Shown here: positions 62,708 through 64,000 of the stretch, in pieces
Layout of the letters: every line of letters begins with the position of its first letter
Position numbering within the stretch: position 1 is the stretch's first letter
Notes under the pieces: model-generated
Databases searched by the model: none
What the model was told of the DNA's origin: nothing
Seen by the model: only the letters and a program-made list of their open reading frames with translations
Position numbers and translations under genes: made by a program
Source: Pirellulales bacterium
Lineage (GTDB): Bacteria; Planctomycetota; Planctomycetia; Pirellulales; PALSA-1355
Assembly (NCBI GenBank): GCA_963733035.1
Contig: CAVTBU010000009.1
Coordinates: 1 to 64,000 of the forward strand
Reading direction: 5' to 3'
DNA: 64,000 nt

Positions 62708-64000
62708 TCACTCGGGCAGTCCCAGCGACCGTCGCCCAGCGGCGGTTAGCCGCGCTTCGTTCCAGGGGGGATTCCACGTAAAATCGACGACAACGTCACG
62801 TACGCCCTGTAGTTTCGTGAGTCGTTCTCGGATGCCCGGCTCGATACGTCCACCGCCGGCGGTAACCAAGAAATCGTACACCGGACGTCCCCGGTGCGGC
62901 ATGGTCACAAGAACCGAGACGACGCCATCTCGCTCGCCAACGTCGTACACATATCCCAGGTCCACGATATTCCCATCGATGTTATAGAGCTGTTCGTCGC
63001 GCACTTCGCGCAAGGCTTTCCAGATCTCAGATTTTAATGGAGCGGTCTCGCAGGTCTCACCGTTCCGAGCAAGCCCTCCGGTCGACGCGGCGGCCGGCGA
63101 CTTTGACAACTCAACCGGATGCACTTCGAGCGGGTTGAGCAGTTGATGACGCAGTCGCTCAACATGGCTGATCGACGCATTGCCCTCGAACGGAGAAACG
63201 AGATATGCATTCTTTTGCCGGATGGACGTCCCCGCTTTGAGTGTGGTCGGCTCATCAACTGGGTAGCGGCTCCACAGTTGACCGTGACCATCGTAGTTGA
63301 GAGTTGGTGCGCCGCCGTGCGTTAAACGGTCAAATCCAGTGGCGTCATGTTCGAGCCACAGGGCGACAAAGGCATCGTGACTGTCTCGGTTGTAAAACCC
63401 AACACCCCATAAGTTTCGGGCCATATCGGATGGAACAGTTCCCTCATGTAACTTGCCGCGCTGGTCGATCCACAGCATGTCGGTAAAGGAATACCCAGAG
63501 AAGACCCATTCGTCGTCACGCATAGCCGCCACGGCAACGTCTTTGACCACATCGATGCGGCCTTCTTTATAAAAGTACGGTAGTCCGGCATAGAACACGT
63601 ATGTCTGGTCCATGTGCACACGGCTAGGCGTGAAGACGGGATGCACCGGACTGTGCGGAAAGCCCCAGCGTCGCACGCGCACGCAAAGCGGTCCGCGAAC
63701 GACTTCATAGTTGGGGCACTCGGCCCAATTGCGCATCCGCAACTTTTGAAAATGTTCGGCGTCGACGTAATCGTGTGCCCAGTCGATGCCGGGTGGCTCG
63801 CCGTGCCCCTTACCACCAGCATAAAGTTCGAGCCCATGTTGGCGTTTATACGTGAGCCGTTCCAATTGCGCCATCTGCCGCGATAACCGGGCAAAGAAAT
63901 GACGGTTCTCGATGTCCAGGCCGTAGCCTTCGCCTCCGACGCGCAAGTCCGTTTTGTAGTCGGTTCGCTCGGCCAATGGATTTCCATAGAACAGCAGATA
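62708..64000 (-). CDS. Large protein (5'-partial) with C-terminal DUF59/FeS_assembly_P-like domain
   Basis: Frame open to window end (YLLFYGNPLAE..); C-terminal IWKALREVRD..NIVDLGYVYDV..V.V.FTWNPPW...LT..GR..LGL. Confidence 0.8.
   Translation of the reverse strand, partial: YLLFYGNPLAERTDYKTDLRVGGEGYGLDIENRHFFARLSRQMAQLERLTYKRQHGLELYAGGKGHGEPPGIDWAHDYVDAEHFQKLRMRNWAECPNYEVVRGPLCVRVRRWGFPHSPVHPVFTPSRVHMDQTYVFYAGLPYFYKEGRIDVVKDVAVAAMRDDEWVFSGYSFTDMLWIDQRGKLHEGTVPSDMARNLWGVGFYNRDSHDAFVALWLEHDATGFDRLTHGGAPTLNYDGHGQLWSRYPVDEPTTLKAGTSIRQKNAYLVSPFEGNASISHVERLRHQLLNPLEVHPVELSKSPAAASTGGLARNGETCETAPLKSEIWKALREVRDEQLYNIDGNIVDLGYVYDVGERDGVVSVLVTMPHRGRPVYDFLVTAGGGRIEPGIRERLTKLQGVRDVVVDFTWNPPWNEARLTAAGRRSLGLPE

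Noticed and set aside
1..64000. CRISPR array, tRNA or rRNA
   Set aside because: No regularly spaced repeats or RNA-gene signatures seen in intergenic regions by eye

Overview
Planctomycete-type DNA (DUF1559, DUF1501 and PSD1/DUF1549-DUF1553 cytochrome genes, ECF sigma). Four blocks: (1) 1-8560, a heavily frameshifted defence cassette (SNF2 helicase end, Type III RM mod/res, GmrSD, DUF4238-like gene) that abuts a 5'-truncated actB; (2) 8640-20000, alternative complex III (actB-F) plus SCO and an A2-type caa3 oxidase, with actA and the actB N-terminus missing; (3) 20000-37100, mixed accessory genes (beta-propeller, FMO, PAS hybrid kinase/receiver, esterase, two DUF1559 genes, ECF operon) and three small gene remnants; (4) 37100-64000, a catabolic island with three PSD1-cytochrome/DUF1501 pairs among a glycosidase-like gene, oxidoreductases, a lactonase-like amidohydrolase, an enolase-family dehydratase, two HpcH aldolases, an Nramp-like transporter and a GntR regulator with a duplicated palindromic operator candidate. 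No rRNA, tRNA, CRISPR array or integrase was recognised. All calls come from motif recognition by eye; no database searches were run, and many frameshifts may be long-read errors.
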